From IMG/VR virus record IMGVR_UViG_3300028833_000011: a stretch of DNA of 64,000 bases; one strand, given 5' to 3'. Origin of the DNA: an uncultured virus (IMG/VR IMGVR_UViG_3300028833_000011). Taxonomy: Duplodnaviria; Heunggongvirae; Uroviricota; Caudoviricetes. The position numbers and the translations under genes are program-made. Below, piece after piece: positions 8,930-18,238 of this stretch (the stretch's first letter is position 1; each line of letters begins with the position of its first letter). The notes beneath the pieces are model-generated. The model was given only the letters and a program-made list of their open reading frames with translations, did not search any database and was not told the origin of the DNA.

Positions 8930-10051
8930 TTACATTATACGCATAGGCATCAACAATGACAAATGTTCGTCCTTGCTTTTGCCGTAGATAACACAAGCCT
9001 TTTGCGGAGTGTTCATATCGATGGCTATATTGTCAAAATCGACGTTTTTAGCAATTTGAATCAATGAACTACCCTTAAAGCCAATCGTCATATCGTCGCC
9101 AAAATATTGAATCAGTAGCGTTTCGGATGCGGACTTGCTATAATCAACATCCTCGGTTGAAATAGTCAACTCGCCTTGCGTGAACTTACAAACAACAAGT
9201 TCGCTTGCCGAATTTCCCATAGGCATAACGCGATTCAAGGCCATAATCAAATCTTCTTTTGGGATATAAGCCTTGCACGCGAATTCTTGCGGAATAACCT
9301 TTTGGAAATTGGGATATTTGCCCTCTATAAGCGTAGATTGTAGCATAAACTCGTCGTTCTTAAAGATGGCGGCATTTTGTGTAAACATAATTTTAACGTC
9401 GGTTTGGCCACATGATGCAAGAATGTTTTTTAATGTTGCCGACACTTTTTCTGGCATGTTGAAACCTTCCTCGGTCGTATCTACAAGCAAAGAATCATCC
9501 TTGCACGTTGAAAGTTTGGCGCCATCACTTGCGGCGGCAATAACGCCCTTGTCGGTAAAGTCGAAATGAATGCCGTTCATTACGGGGCGTAGTTCGTCAT
9601 TTGCAATAGCAAAGTCAACTCGAGTAATAAGGCGAATGAGCGCGTCGCATTTCATAGTGTGTTCCTTTGCGCCGCTAAGATTGTATTGGGGCTTTGGAAA
9701 ATCGTTGCTGTCTTGGAAAGGCAAGTTGAAATGGCCTTTGCCGTAGTCGAGGATGATATTGTGCCGTTCGGTGTCTATTTTCATGCTTACATCGACATCG
9801 CCAAGGTTGCGCAAAGCCTTGATAAAGTCGCTTGATTCAACGCACATGGTGAATTTGTCAACGTCCGAATAGTCAAGCCTCGATTGCATACGTAGTGTCA
9901 CGTCCATATTGGACGCCAAAAGGCTAATTGTGTAATTGGCTATGTCAACGAGGACACAACTAAGAATTGGAATGGTGTTTTTGCTCGAAACAACCGAAAC
10001 GACTTGTGCCAACTTTGGCAGAACTTCCTTGTTCTTAAACTTAATTTCCAT
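8930..10051 (-). CDS. dnaN: DNA polymerase III beta sliding clamp
   Basis: 373 aa; IPILSCV, RPVMNGI, ASDG, LIEGKYPNFQKVIP, LLMPMR. Confidence 0.95.
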   Translation of the reverse strand: MEIKFKNKEVLPKLAQVVSVVSSKNTIPILSCVLVDIANYTISLLASNMDVTLRMQSRLDYSDVDKFTMCVESSDFIKALRNLGDVDVSMKIDTERHNIILDYGKGHFNLPFQDSNDFPKPQYNLSGAKEHTMKCDALIRLITRVDFAIANDELRPVMNGIHFDFTDKGVIAAASDGAKLSTCKDDSLLVDTTEEGFNMPEKVSATLKNILASCGQTDVKIMFTQNAAIFKNDEFMLQSTLIEGKYPNFQKVIPQEFACKAYIPKEDLIMALNRVMPMGNSASELVVCKFTQGELTISTEDVDYSKSASETLLIQYFGDDMTIGFKGSSLIQIAKNVDFDNIAIDMNTPQKACVIYGKSKDEHLSLLMPMRIM

Positions 10052-10076
10052 AACTTAAAATGTTTTGAATTTGATG

Positions 10077-10108
10077 CAAAGATATACAAAATATATTATA
10101 TTGCCAAA
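10077..10108 (-). promoter_or_regulatory. Bacteroidota sigma-A promoter for the dnaN operon
   Basis: Minus strand TTTG-N20-TATCTTTG. Confidence 0.75.
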
Positions 10109-10141
10109 TAATTTACCATTTATTTGCCATATTTTAACAAA

Positions 10142-12331
10142 TTAGAATGGACAATCATTATTTTGGTCGTTTATAAATGCCAAATTTTGGTCATTTGTGA
10201 TATTGTTGAAATTATTATATGCGGGGTCGTAACCGACATCATCAAATGACGTAGATTCGGGTTGAACTTGCGGCGCAACAAGCGGCAATGGGTCTTGGAT
10301 AGGGTTTGTTTCCCATCCATAATGCACATACTCGTCTGCCGAATTCTTGAAACGCCTACTTACTTGGTCGTAATGAAAGCCGCACATAAAATCCACAACG
10401 CCATATAACCTATTTTTTTCGACGGCCAAAACATTGCCGTATTGCCTCAATTGTGATGCTTTCGACGCATCATAAAACTCGGTTATAGCCTTGATAAAGT
10501 CCTCGTTGGTTCGGTGCATGATGAAAACGTTATCTACGGCGTTGGTAATATCCGACGTTCCGCTAATGTCGTTCTTTCGCAAGAATGTCATGACCTTTCT
10601 TGGGTGTGCCACAAGAACTATGTGAACTTGATTGGCCATTGCAAAACTCTTAATCTTTAATATCAACTCTTTTTGCTTGTTGTTCTTGTCGCCATCGAAC
10701 AAATCAACGTCAAGCGTCATAAGGTTGTCAAGAATAAAAACCTTTACGCCCGCTTGCAAAAGAATTTCCATATCGTGCAATATTTGCTCGGCTTTTGTGC
10801 CATACACGTTGTTGTAAAGAAAGAATTTGCCATCAAGCCACGCGTCTATCTTTTCACCGACCATATCGGGGACGTAGTAACGACCCTCGTCGTATTGCGA
10901 TTGACGCAAATTTTGATGTCCAGCGGCAACCATTTGAATCCACGTCTTTAAGATGTCGGCGCGCAATTCGCCCGACCACAACGCAATCTTGTAGCCTTGT
11001 TGTACGATGTTAAGGAGTAAAGAATTAAGCCACGACGACTTGCCGCTTGAATTACATCCGCTTAAAACCGTCACCTCTGACATATATAGCCCGCCAATAC
11101 GTTTGTCAAGTTCGGTAAAACCCGTCTTTACTTTTTCAAGTTGTGTCAAATCGACTTTCTTGATAGACGACAAAGATAGCCACTTTTCACCAAGTTCGGG
11201 CAATTCCTCTTTTATTTCGTATCTTGGCCTTTGTGGAGGTTGTGGTGCATATTGTCTTTGCACATATTGTCTATTTTCATACAACGGCTTGTTATATGCG
11301 TCGGGTTCATAAAATAGCCTAAAATCTCGCCATTGCTTGTCTTTGCAATGCGAATGAAAACAATTGAACGTAATCTTTCCGTCGCCATCTTGAAACAAGG
11401 CGCTATCCCACTTTTGTTTGTCGCTATGCGTATCTTCCCAAGGGCAATGCTCTAATATAAACTTTGAACCTGCGCCTTGCTTTTCCTCGCGATAAGTGAT
11501 GTTAAATTGCGTTAGCCATGCTTTCAAGTCAAATGGCGCGTCACGATATTGTTGGTTAAACGGGCGACTTGGCGCCGCTTTAGGTTCTTCTTTCGGCAAC
11601 AAGTCCGCTATCTTTTGAAATAGCGAATCGTCGTTAGGGGAAAGGTCTTTTGGCACCTTGACTATTTCGGCCTTTCGCCATTTGCGCTCGTTGCTATCGC
11701 TACCTTTTTTTGCCCATGTACCTACAAGTTTGTCGATACGTGCGGCGTTAAACACCTTTTCGTCAAGTTCTACATTTTTGTCGCTAAACATCTTGCCAAG
11801 CGATTGCAAGAAACGTTTGACTAATTCCGTGTGTTGCTCGTCGTTCGGCATATCGCAAACAAGATATTCGTGCCATCCGTTGCCCGACTTGGTAATTATC
11901 GGTTCCTTGAAACCTTGCGCGATAAGATAGCGATATACATCAACGGCTTTCAAATGCGCCTTTTCAAATTCCTCGTCGCTTGCACTAATGCCAGCCGCGC
12001 GACAAGGGTCAAAGTCAAGCATGACGAACCGCCGACGTGTTATGTCGCCGTCCGTAGTCGTACTTTTGGGCTTTTTAACAAATGTGTCACGTTGCTCTCG
12101 ACTATATAGGTCATCCTTAATCTCGTTTAACGTGAAATACGCTTGGTTAGAACCATAATATTGTATGTTATTATGGTCTAAAAGTGGACGCAAACATTTG
12201 ATAAGCGTTTCCACATCCTTGAAATAGCCGCTATATGTAGCCTTGCCAAGCAATCGTATTTCGACTAATTTGCTATCGGGATTGAATAATGCCCACCATT
12301 TGCGTATTTGTTGTTCGTCTATTTCGTACAT
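10142..12331 (-). CDS. primase-helicase (AEP-like primase, Zn-binding domain, SF4 DnaB/Twinkle-like helicase)
   Basis: LDFD and SGNGWH primase motifs; CPW...CFHSHC; Walker A GCNSSGKS, ILDNL, LVAHPRK, DISGT, VEKNR. Confidence 0.9.
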   Translation of the reverse strand: MYEIDEQQIRKWWALFNPDSKLVEIRLLGKATYSGYFKDVETLIKCLRPLLDHNNIQYYGSNQAYFTLNEIKDDLYSREQRDTFVKKPKSTTTDGDITRRRFVMLDFDPCRAAGISASDEEFEKAHLKAVDVYRYLIAQGFKEPIITKSGNGWHEYLVCDMPNDEQHTELVKRFLQSLGKMFSDKNVELDEKVFNAARIDKLVGTWAKKGSDSNERKWRKAEIVKVPKDLSPNDDSLFQKIADLLPKEEPKAAPSRPFNQQYRDAPFDLKAWLTQFNITYREEKQGAGSKFILEHCPWEDTHSDKQKWDSALFQDGDGKITFNCFHSHCKDKQWRDFRLFYEPDAYNKPLYENRQYVQRQYAPQPPQRPRYEIKEELPELGEKWLSLSSIKKVDLTQLEKVKTGFTELDKRIGGLYMSEVTVLSGCNSSGKSSWLNSLLLNIVQQGYKIALWSGELRADILKTWIQMVAAGHQNLRQSQYDEGRYYVPDMVGEKIDAWLDGKFFLYNNVYGTKAEQILHDMEILLQAGVKVFILDNLMTLDVDLFDGDKNNKQKELILKIKSFAMANQVHIVLVAHPRKVMTFLRKNDISGTSDITNAVDNVFIMHRTNEDFIKAITEFYDASKASQLRQYGNVLAVEKNRLYGVVDFMCGFHYDQVSRRFKNSADEYVHYGWETNPIQDPLPLVAPQVQPESTSFDDVGYDPAYNNFNNITNDQNLAFINDQNNDCPF

Positions 12332-12342
12332 AAGTTGTTTAC

Positions 12343-12888
12343 TTATTTGTCGTTTAACAATAAGTCATCAAAGGGGAAAAGGTCGGTAAAATACGCCCAT
12401 TTGTAAACTTCGTCAAAAGGAATCTTGTCACGACAGTTTCTATATACGGGCGTTTCGCCGCTACATCCTTCCTCTAACCCTTGATGCTTCACCCCATATC
12501 CCATATAATGTGGATATGAGCGCGTAACAAATTTGTTTCGTCGTGGTTCGGCTATGATAACGTTGTCGTTGCATGCAAAAGGCGTTTCCTTGTCAAGAAC
12601 AATAACACAAAGCCGCAATGACGTTGGCGGGTCTTGCGCGGTAATATGCCAAACGTTCTTTCGTTGCCACTTTGCGCCAGCTTCAAACGCGTTGCACAAA
12701 TCACACCAATCAAAACTCTTTGTCCCTAATTGTGTGTGGCTCGGTAAATTCGGGTCAAGCCTACTATTGGCGTATGCAATCGATGCGTCAATGATTCTTT
12801 GTTGTGTATAGCCTATCACTTGTGCGTCTGCATCCTTTTCAAGTTTGTCGATAGTTTCGTTAATGATTTTTACAATTGAGTCTGCCAT
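12343..12888 (-). CDS. hypothetical phage protein
   Basis: AFEAGAKW...KWAYFTDLFP pattern common in Bacteroidota phage proteins. Confidence 0.7.
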   Translation of the reverse strand: MADSIVKIINETIDKLEKDADAQVIGYTQQRIIDASIAYANSRLDPNLPSHTQLGTKSFDWCDLCNAFEAGAKWQRKNVWHITAQDPPTSLRLCVIVLDKETPFACNDNVIIAEPRRNKFVTRSYPHYMGYGVKHQGLEEGCSGETPVYRNCRDKIPFDEVYKWAYFTDLFPFDDLLLNDK

Positions 12889-12890
12889 AG

Positions 12891-13244
12891 TTAACAATCT
12901 CCAAAAAGTTTATAATACATCGATTCCGAATTGTGTATTGCTGTGTCGCAAGAAACAATTTCAAAAATAGAATTTTCGAAATTTTCTTTATCGAATTTGT
13001 CACCCGTGCTACAATGGCACCTAAATTTGGCAAAGCATTTCGTGCATTCAAATACCATCATATAGCCTTGTTCGGTTTCGCACCAACCGACAAGATTGGG
13101 CTTTTCCATATAATGATTATAGTAAGCGTCATCACCGCCATATAAGGCGCATTCATCGCATTCGGGACATCTAAAGTCGGCTACATAGGGAATGCCTTTA
13201 TATTGCGTGAACTTTAAGAGTTTTGATAATATGTCGTCTTGCAT
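12891..13244 (-). CDS. zinc-finger hypothetical protein
   Basis: CPEC and CTKC pairs. Confidence 0.7.
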   Translation of the reverse strand: MQDDILSKLLKFTQYKGIPYVADFRCPECDECALYGGDDAYYNHYMEKPNLVGWCETEQGYMMVFECTKCFAKFRCHCSTGDKFDKENFENSIFEIVSCDTAIHNSESMYYKLFGDC

Positions 13245-13247
13245 ATC

Positions 13248-14174
13248 TTATTTGTTTGTTGTCCATCTTTTGCTTGATACATCCCAAGTAACATTTCCGC
13301 GTCCATTGTTAAGGACAAGCGTAGCGCCGTTTGGCCTATTATCGGCGTTATATCCGTCGTAAATAATATCGCCGTCAAAATACATGTCCATAAAGCCATA
13401 ACATTTGTTTGCGTCGTCGTAATAGATGCCATGACCTTTCGGGCAATACATGTCTTTATTTTCGGTGTTGTTCATAACCGATATAAAAGCCTGAGTGTTT
13501 TCCTTGTGAACCTTACCTTCTAACGCTTTTGTTAGCCATCCGTTAGTATTTGCAAGCCACCAATCAAAGTCTGGTTTCCAATTCTTGTGTTCGCGATTCG
13601 GATAGAACAACCATTTGTCCGCATAAGGCAAAACCGAAAACAATTTTATCAACTCGTCTTGGCTAATACTATTGGCTTGTATAACGCCATGAATTTTGCG
13701 TTTCCGTTGCTCGGTTAATTTCGTCACTTTGCCCCAAGCGTCGCCGTTATATTGGTTCCAAGTATCAACAATTGTTTGATAATCGATAGTCGGAGAATTC
13801 TTCTTTGTTTCTTTTTCCTCTACTTGTTCGTTATCAAACAACAATTGTTGCTTTTCTATAACCTTACCACGTTCTCCGTTGTCTGGCGTTTCAAAAAATG
13901 TGTAGTCGTTACCTTGAATGGTTCCTTTTTCGTTCCTTAAAACAATAAAAGAACAATAGCCGCATTCTTTTAATTCGTCAATTGCCGAATATACCGCCGT
14001 AGCGCTTTCCTTGATTATTGCACAAAGCCCCTTGATGGAAAAGTCCCAATCGTCGGGTAGTGCAAAGATTGTAGCCAATAATCCCTTTGCTTTAAGGGAA
14101 AGGCGGGTGTCGCGTAGGAATACATTGGAAATTGTCGTGTAGTTCCTACTTTTAATCCTCGATACCTTGTTCAT
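13248..14174 (-). CDS. replication initiator / replisome organizer (N-terminal winged HTH)
   Basis: NYTTISNVFLRDTRLSLKAKGLL...DDWDFS...AIDELKECGY; C-terminal WKPDFDWW. Likely start is MNKVSR at 14174. Confidence 0.8.
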   Translation of the reverse strand: MNKVSRIKSRNYTTISNVFLRDTRLSLKAKGLLATIFALPDDWDFSIKGLCAIIKESATAVYSAIDELKECGYCSFIVLRNEKGTIQGNDYTFFETPDNGERGKVIEKQQLLFDNEQVEEKETKKNSPTIDYQTIVDTWNQYNGDAWGKVTKLTEQRKRKIHGVIQANSISQDELIKLFSVLPYADKWLFYPNREHKNWKPDFDWWLANTNGWLTKALEGKVHKENTQAFISVMNNTENKDMYCPKGHGIYYDDANKCYGFMDMYFDGDIIYDGYNADNRPNGATLVLNNGRGNVTWDVSSKRWTTNK

Positions 14175-14192
14175 TGTTGTGGTTGTTAGAAA

Positions 14193-14313
14193 CATAACGG
14201 GTAATGATACTTTTGGCAACCACTCCAATTTCTCATTACCCATTATGTGAAAATAGTTATAACTTTATCGTAGAGTTTTGTGTGCGTTAAGTGTGGTTGG
14301 CAACGCGCAAAAC
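14193..14313 (-). ncRNA. structured 5' leader with predicted kissing-loop pseudoknot
   Basis: Two hairpins with complementary loops CAACCAC and GUGGUUG. Confidence 0.55.
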
Positions 14314-14334
14314 ACATTTTGTCAAATGATGCCG

Positions 14335-14366
14335 CAAAGATAACAATAATATTTTAAATACGCAAA
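14335..14366 (-). promoter_or_regulatory. Bacteroidota sigma-A promoter for initiator and primase-helicase
   Basis: Minus strand TTTG-N20-TATCTTTG. Confidence 0.75.
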
Positions 14367-14380
14367 CGAATTAACAAAGT

Positions 14381-15271
14381 TTAGTATTTCTTAAACATTA
14401 ATACATTTTGATGCACCTTTACAAGTTTGCCGCTTTTCATGTTCCCGCCCGCGCGCAAAGCCGCGCTTGCTAATGCCGTCGCCAAAATAGCGTCGTTGTA
14501 AAATCCCATGCCTTTGCAGCGTTGCATCAACTTAATCGTGTCGGCAACAAACCCGTAATAATTTCCTTGCTTATTTCTTACTTCGCCGACAACAACAATG
14601 GCCATTCCTCCTTTTTTGAGCAATTTGCAAGATTTACGCATAATGCTTTCAAATGCAAAGATAAAGTCGTCATAGTCCATATTGGAAATGTCGCCTTGGA
14701 TGTCGCTATAAACCTCCAAGTCCGCATACGGGGGACACGTAAACACGAGGTCGAACTCTTTGTTCCATTCCCTGTCTAATATAACGTTTGAATCACCACA
14801 ATACCATTGTGGCTGATTGTTGGGTTCGAGGATTGAAAGCGCTTGTTCGCGATTTGAATCAACTTGCTCTTGCCTAATGTCTATGCCGCTATAATGATAG
14901 CCAAGATAGTTGGCGACAATACCGCGTACCGAACCGCCAGCAAACGGGTCAAGAATTGCACCGCCTTGCGGACAAAACCACCGATACATCAATTCACAAA
15001 GAACGGGGTCAAAGATAGAAGTATCGCTCGGCAACTTATTGCCTTTCAAAGTTCCTTCTTGTCCTTTTTTATCTGCCCAGTCTTTCATGTGAAAAGTTAC
15101 GGCATCACGACCGACCTCGGATTGTATGCCCATGTTAATCCATTTTTTTTTCCTTGCTTGCCATAAGCCATCTTTGACATCAAGAATAGTAAAAGGATTT
15201 GCACCAAACTCTCGTTTTAAGTCACCCCTTTGCTCGATAGGGTTCCCGAATAAATCAAAATCTTGTTGCAT
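14381..15271 (-). CDS. DNA amino-methyltransferase (N6-A/N4-C class)
   Basis: ILDPFAGGS SAM-binding motif and DLVFTCPPY catalytic motif. Confidence 0.85.
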   Translation of the reverse strand: MQQDFDLFGNPIEQRGDLKREFGANPFTILDVKDGLWQARKKKWINMGIQSEVGRDAVTFHMKDWADKKGQEGTLKGNKLPSDTSIFDPVLCELMYRWFCPQGGAILDPFAGGSVRGIVANYLGYHYSGIDIRQEQVDSNREQALSILEPNNQPQWYCGDSNVILDREWNKEFDLVFTCPPYADLEVYSDIQGDISNMDYDDFIFAFESIMRKSCKLLKKGGMAIVVVGEVRNKQGNYYGFVADTIKLMQRCKGMGFYNDAILATALASAALRAGGNMKSGKLVKVHQNVLMFKKY

Positions 15272-15285
15272 ATTTATAGTTTTTT

Positions 15286-16272
15286 TTAATAAATTAAATA
15301 TTCTATCTTGCCGTCGCTACACATTTCTTTGTGTTTTATAAGCCTTTTTTCTGAAGGCATACAACCTAATATATAAATACGCTTTACATTTGGCAGGTGC
15401 TTAAAACAAAGAAATTTCGTTTTTTGTTCCATATTATACCTAAGCATTTTGTCAAGAATAGGGTCTTGTGTGTCATAATGCTTTAGGTCTTTTTGGTATA
15501 GGTTGTATGCGACATTCCCGAAGACATAAAGTACACATACGCTTATTAAAATACTCTTGTAATAAATACATAACAACTTTATATTGTCATAACCTCTACA
15601 AAAAGCACAAAATTCGTCGTTGTCTTTCTTGCTTACAAAACTACCTCTTTCAACAAGATACTTATTAAAGTCATTTACTATGGCTTGTGTGTCGTTTTGT
15701 GGTATTTTATCAAGAATAACAACATTAAAATCCTTGTTTTCTTGCAATGTTTTAATTCCCCAATGTTTTATTTTTTTTCTTGGAATTAAATCAGTTGCTT
15801 GTCGAGTATAATAATAATTTGTGTATTCAACAAGTCTTTTATTTTTTTGAACGTTCAACAACCTTGTTGCATAATCAGACATGGCAAATTTTATAAATGG
15901 CTTGTTGTTTAATATTTCAAACACCTTTCGTGTGTTGTCAATATTGCCATCTATGGCTATTGGCAAGTCAAAAACACGGATTTGTTTTGTCTTGATGATT
16001 TGTATTATTTTATACGCAATAAAATATAAAGCGCCGCAAATATCAACTACAAAAAAACGAAACGACTTGTCATTTGTAATTGTATTAAATGCTGGAAGAC
16101 AATGATAAAATGGGACATTTTCCTCTTTATTGTAAAAAGCATTATAATATTTTAGTATAGTTTCATTGTAACTATCATTCAATAAATACCCACCCTTAAA
16201 AAAATCAAATTCTGCATTTTCTAAGTCTGTTAATGAAATGGGCTCCGTATTTAATTCAAATAAACAATTCAT
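15286..16272 (-). CDS. GNAT/DUF2156-like (Fem/aminoacyl-transferase fold) protein
   Basis: YTNYYY...RKKIKHW...LLCIYYK..LISVC...AYNLYQK...IYILG..SEKRLIKHKE resembles the DUF2156 layout; recognised by eye only. Confidence 0.45.
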   Translation of the reverse strand: MNCLFELNTEPISLTDLENAEFDFFKGGYLLNDSYNETILKYYNAFYNKEENVPFYHCLPAFNTITNDKSFRFFVVDICGALYFIAYKIIQIIKTKQIRVFDLPIAIDGNIDNTRKVFEILNNKPFIKFAMSDYATRLLNVQKNKRLVEYTNYYYTRQATDLIPRKKIKHWGIKTLQENKDFNVVILDKIPQNDTQAIVNDFNKYLVERGSFVSKKDNDEFCAFCRGYDNIKLLCIYYKSILISVCVLYVFGNVAYNLYQKDLKHYDTQDPILDKMLRYNMEQKTKFLCFKHLPNVKRIYILGCMPSEKRLIKHKEMCSDGKIEYLIY

Positions 16273-17297
16273 AACTCTTTTGCAATAATACTATTTGACA
16301 ACGACCTATGTAAAAACGCTTCATACGCATTTTTAGCGTTTTTTATTTCTATTTGCGGGTGAACGGATGATAGTTTGGTGATTAAAAAATTAATACAATG
16401 CTTGTAAAAAGCCTTGTTGAGCGGCACTACATTTTTGTCGGCAAGAAAAATATATTCTGTGCAACATTTCCAACATGAACCACACCTGTTTGGAAGTAAA
16501 TCAATTTCATATTTCATTTCGTTGCGATTTCGAGTTGTTTGCCGAAAACGATATGGCAAAATACAACCGCAAACCATTTTTAATATTTCAATATTGTTGC
16601 TAACTTCGTCGAGTGTATCGTTATATGTTGCAAACGGAATAATCAATTCGGCAGTTGGTATATATTTGCGAACGCAATAAGTCCACGCATCCCACATTTC
16701 TTGCGTATCTGACCAACTCTCGTAAAATTGTGAATTGTAAATATTGTCTGTTGTAAAATCACCGAATGCTATTGTGGTGCCAATATGGTTAAGGATTGCA
16801 TAATCAAGCGCCATGCTTGCAATAAGTTGATTTTTTATTGGGTTTTCCTTAAATGACGAAACCCCAGATTGTTTAATTTCGTCTATAAATAAAGGCATAT
16901 CTATTTTTTTAGCCAAATCTATAACGTGCATAAACTCATCTGGGTATGACTTATTAATGCCTTTTATATGATAAAGAAAAACATTTTTGCCAGATTTTTT
17001 CATTTTTAATGCGGTTGCCAAACTATCTTTACCGCCACTAAAACATACTACAACGTTGTTTTTGTTATAGTCAATATTTATATGACCTTTTTCAAGTTCG
17101 GTAAAATTCCATTGGAAATGCTTATTTGCGCCACATTCTAATACGTCAACAAGTTTTTTTGTAGAAATGTCGTATTCATATTCACTTGCCAACGTTTCAG
17201 TAAAGCACAAATTTCCGATTGCCGTATATAGTTTTGCAATTTCAAGAGTGTGGCCGCTAATTTGTCGGTTGAATTTTAAGCGAATTCTATCATTCAT
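16269..17297 (-). CDS. QueC-like PP-loop ATP pyrophosphatase with C-terminal Zn site
   Basis: VVVCFSGGKDS PP-loop, NPIKNQLI, C...RCGSCWKC. Confidence 0.75.
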   Translation of the reverse strand: MNDRIRLKFNRQISGHTLEIAKLYTAIGNLCFTETLASEYEYDISTKKLVDVLECGANKHFQWNFTELEKGHINIDYNKNNVVVCFSGGKDSLATALKMKKSGKNVFLYHIKGINKSYPDEFMHVIDLAKKIDMPLFIDEIKQSGVSSFKENPIKNQLIASMALDYAILNHIGTTIAFGDFTTDNIYNSQFYESWSDTQEMWDAWTYCVRKYIPTAELIIPFATYNDTLDEVSNNIEILKMVCGCILPYRFRQTTRNRNEMKYEIDLLPNRCGSCWKCCTEYIFLADKNVVPLNKAFYKHCINFLITKLSSVHPQIEIKNAKNAYEAFLHRSLSNSIIAKEL

Positions 17298-17301
17298 ATT
17301 A

Positions 17302-17670
17302 TTATTTTTTTGAGTTTTTACTTTCCCTTAAAATGGCCTTGATTTTTTCTTGGCCAACATATAACATTGCGCTAACCTTGGAATAGATACCGACACGACG
17401 CAACTTGCGAATCTTATCAAAGTCGCCTTGTTCGTTGCTTTGTCGATAGGATTTACCGAGCATCTTTGGGATGTCGGTTCTTGAAACGCGTTCGTCGTCA
17501 CAAAGACGCGCCAACATTTCTACCTCTTTTTCGTTGGCGCAACATTGCTTGCTTTTATTGTCGGCGATAAGTTTTTCAACAACATCGTGCAAGCCAAATT
17601 TCTTTGCTATACCTTTTGTCTTGGCAAGATAAAACCTACAAAGTCTTTGTAATTCGTCGTTGTTTTTCAT
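17302..17670 (-). CDS. basic hypothetical protein, possibly DNA-binding
   Basis: 122 aa ORF in the operon. Confidence 0.7.
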   Translation of the reverse strand: MKNNDELQRLCRFYLAKTKGIAKKFGLHDVVEKLIADNKSKQCCANEKEVEMLARLCDDERVSRTDIPKMLGKSYRQSNEQGDFDKIRKLRRVGIYSKVSAMLYVGQEKIKAILRESKNSKK

Positions 17671-17700
17671 AACGAATGTTTTTTATGAGTGTGATTACTA

Positions 17701-17862
17701 TTACTTAATCTCTTCAAGACGATACCATTCAACATCTTGTTCGTTCAAGCCGAAATGCTTTACGGCATCTTTCTCGTCGTAATCGCCAATAAGTTCTGGC
17801 GTAAGCAAGTTCGGATTGTTTCTTTCTTTGATAGTAATTTTCCAATGTCGTTGTGTTTTCAT
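17701..17862 (-). CDS. small hypothetical protein
   Basis: MKTQRHWKITIKERNNP...EWYRLEEIK read by hand; ATGA overlap with the upstream gene. Confidence 0.55.
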   Translation of the reverse strand: MKTQRHWKITIKERNNPNLLTPELIGDYDEKDAVKHFGLNEQDVEWYRLEEIK

Positions 17863-18236
17863 GACCAATTGATATTATAGTTACACCTAATAAAATCCTC
17901 TGCCTCGCGTATTGTGTCGCGGCCGATATTGCGAAGTTGCAAGAATCGCGAATAGCCATATCTTACCAAATCGCCTATCGTTTCAATTTTGGCAACATGG
18001 CATGCGCCAATGAAACGCGTCTTGAATTGGCCTTTAGAAAAGGTAATTGCATTGATTGGGATTGTGTCTAACTCTTGATAAAGTTTTGCTATCTTAAACG
18101 AATCGTCAAAGAAAGACGGGTCGCACTTTTCTATCTCGTCCGCTTTTTCAACCGCGAATGCTATCAACTCGTTAGCCGTAGCCCCGTTGTTGATATTGTC
18201 ACAAACCCATTTTTGGATAAATTCTTTTCGTGTCAT
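17859..18236 (-). CDS. RNA polymerase alpha-CTD-like domain protein
   Basis: TRFIGACHVAKIETIGDLVRYGYSRFLQLRNIGRDTIREAE matches the alpha-CTD HhH pattern. Confidence 0.65.
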   Translation of the reverse strand: MTRKEFIQKWVCDNINNGATANELIAFAVEKADEIEKCDPSFFDDSFKIAKLYQELDTIPINAITFSKGQFKTRFIGACHVAKIETIGDLVRYGYSRFLQLRNIGRDTIREAEDFIRCNYNINWS

Positions 18237-18238
18237 CT

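Noticed and set aside
16269..17297. Canonical queC / 7-deazaguanine DNA modification
   Set aside because: The protein has an extra N-terminal region and SGGKDS, and no folE, queD, queE or dpdA is in the window, so no gene symbol was assigned.
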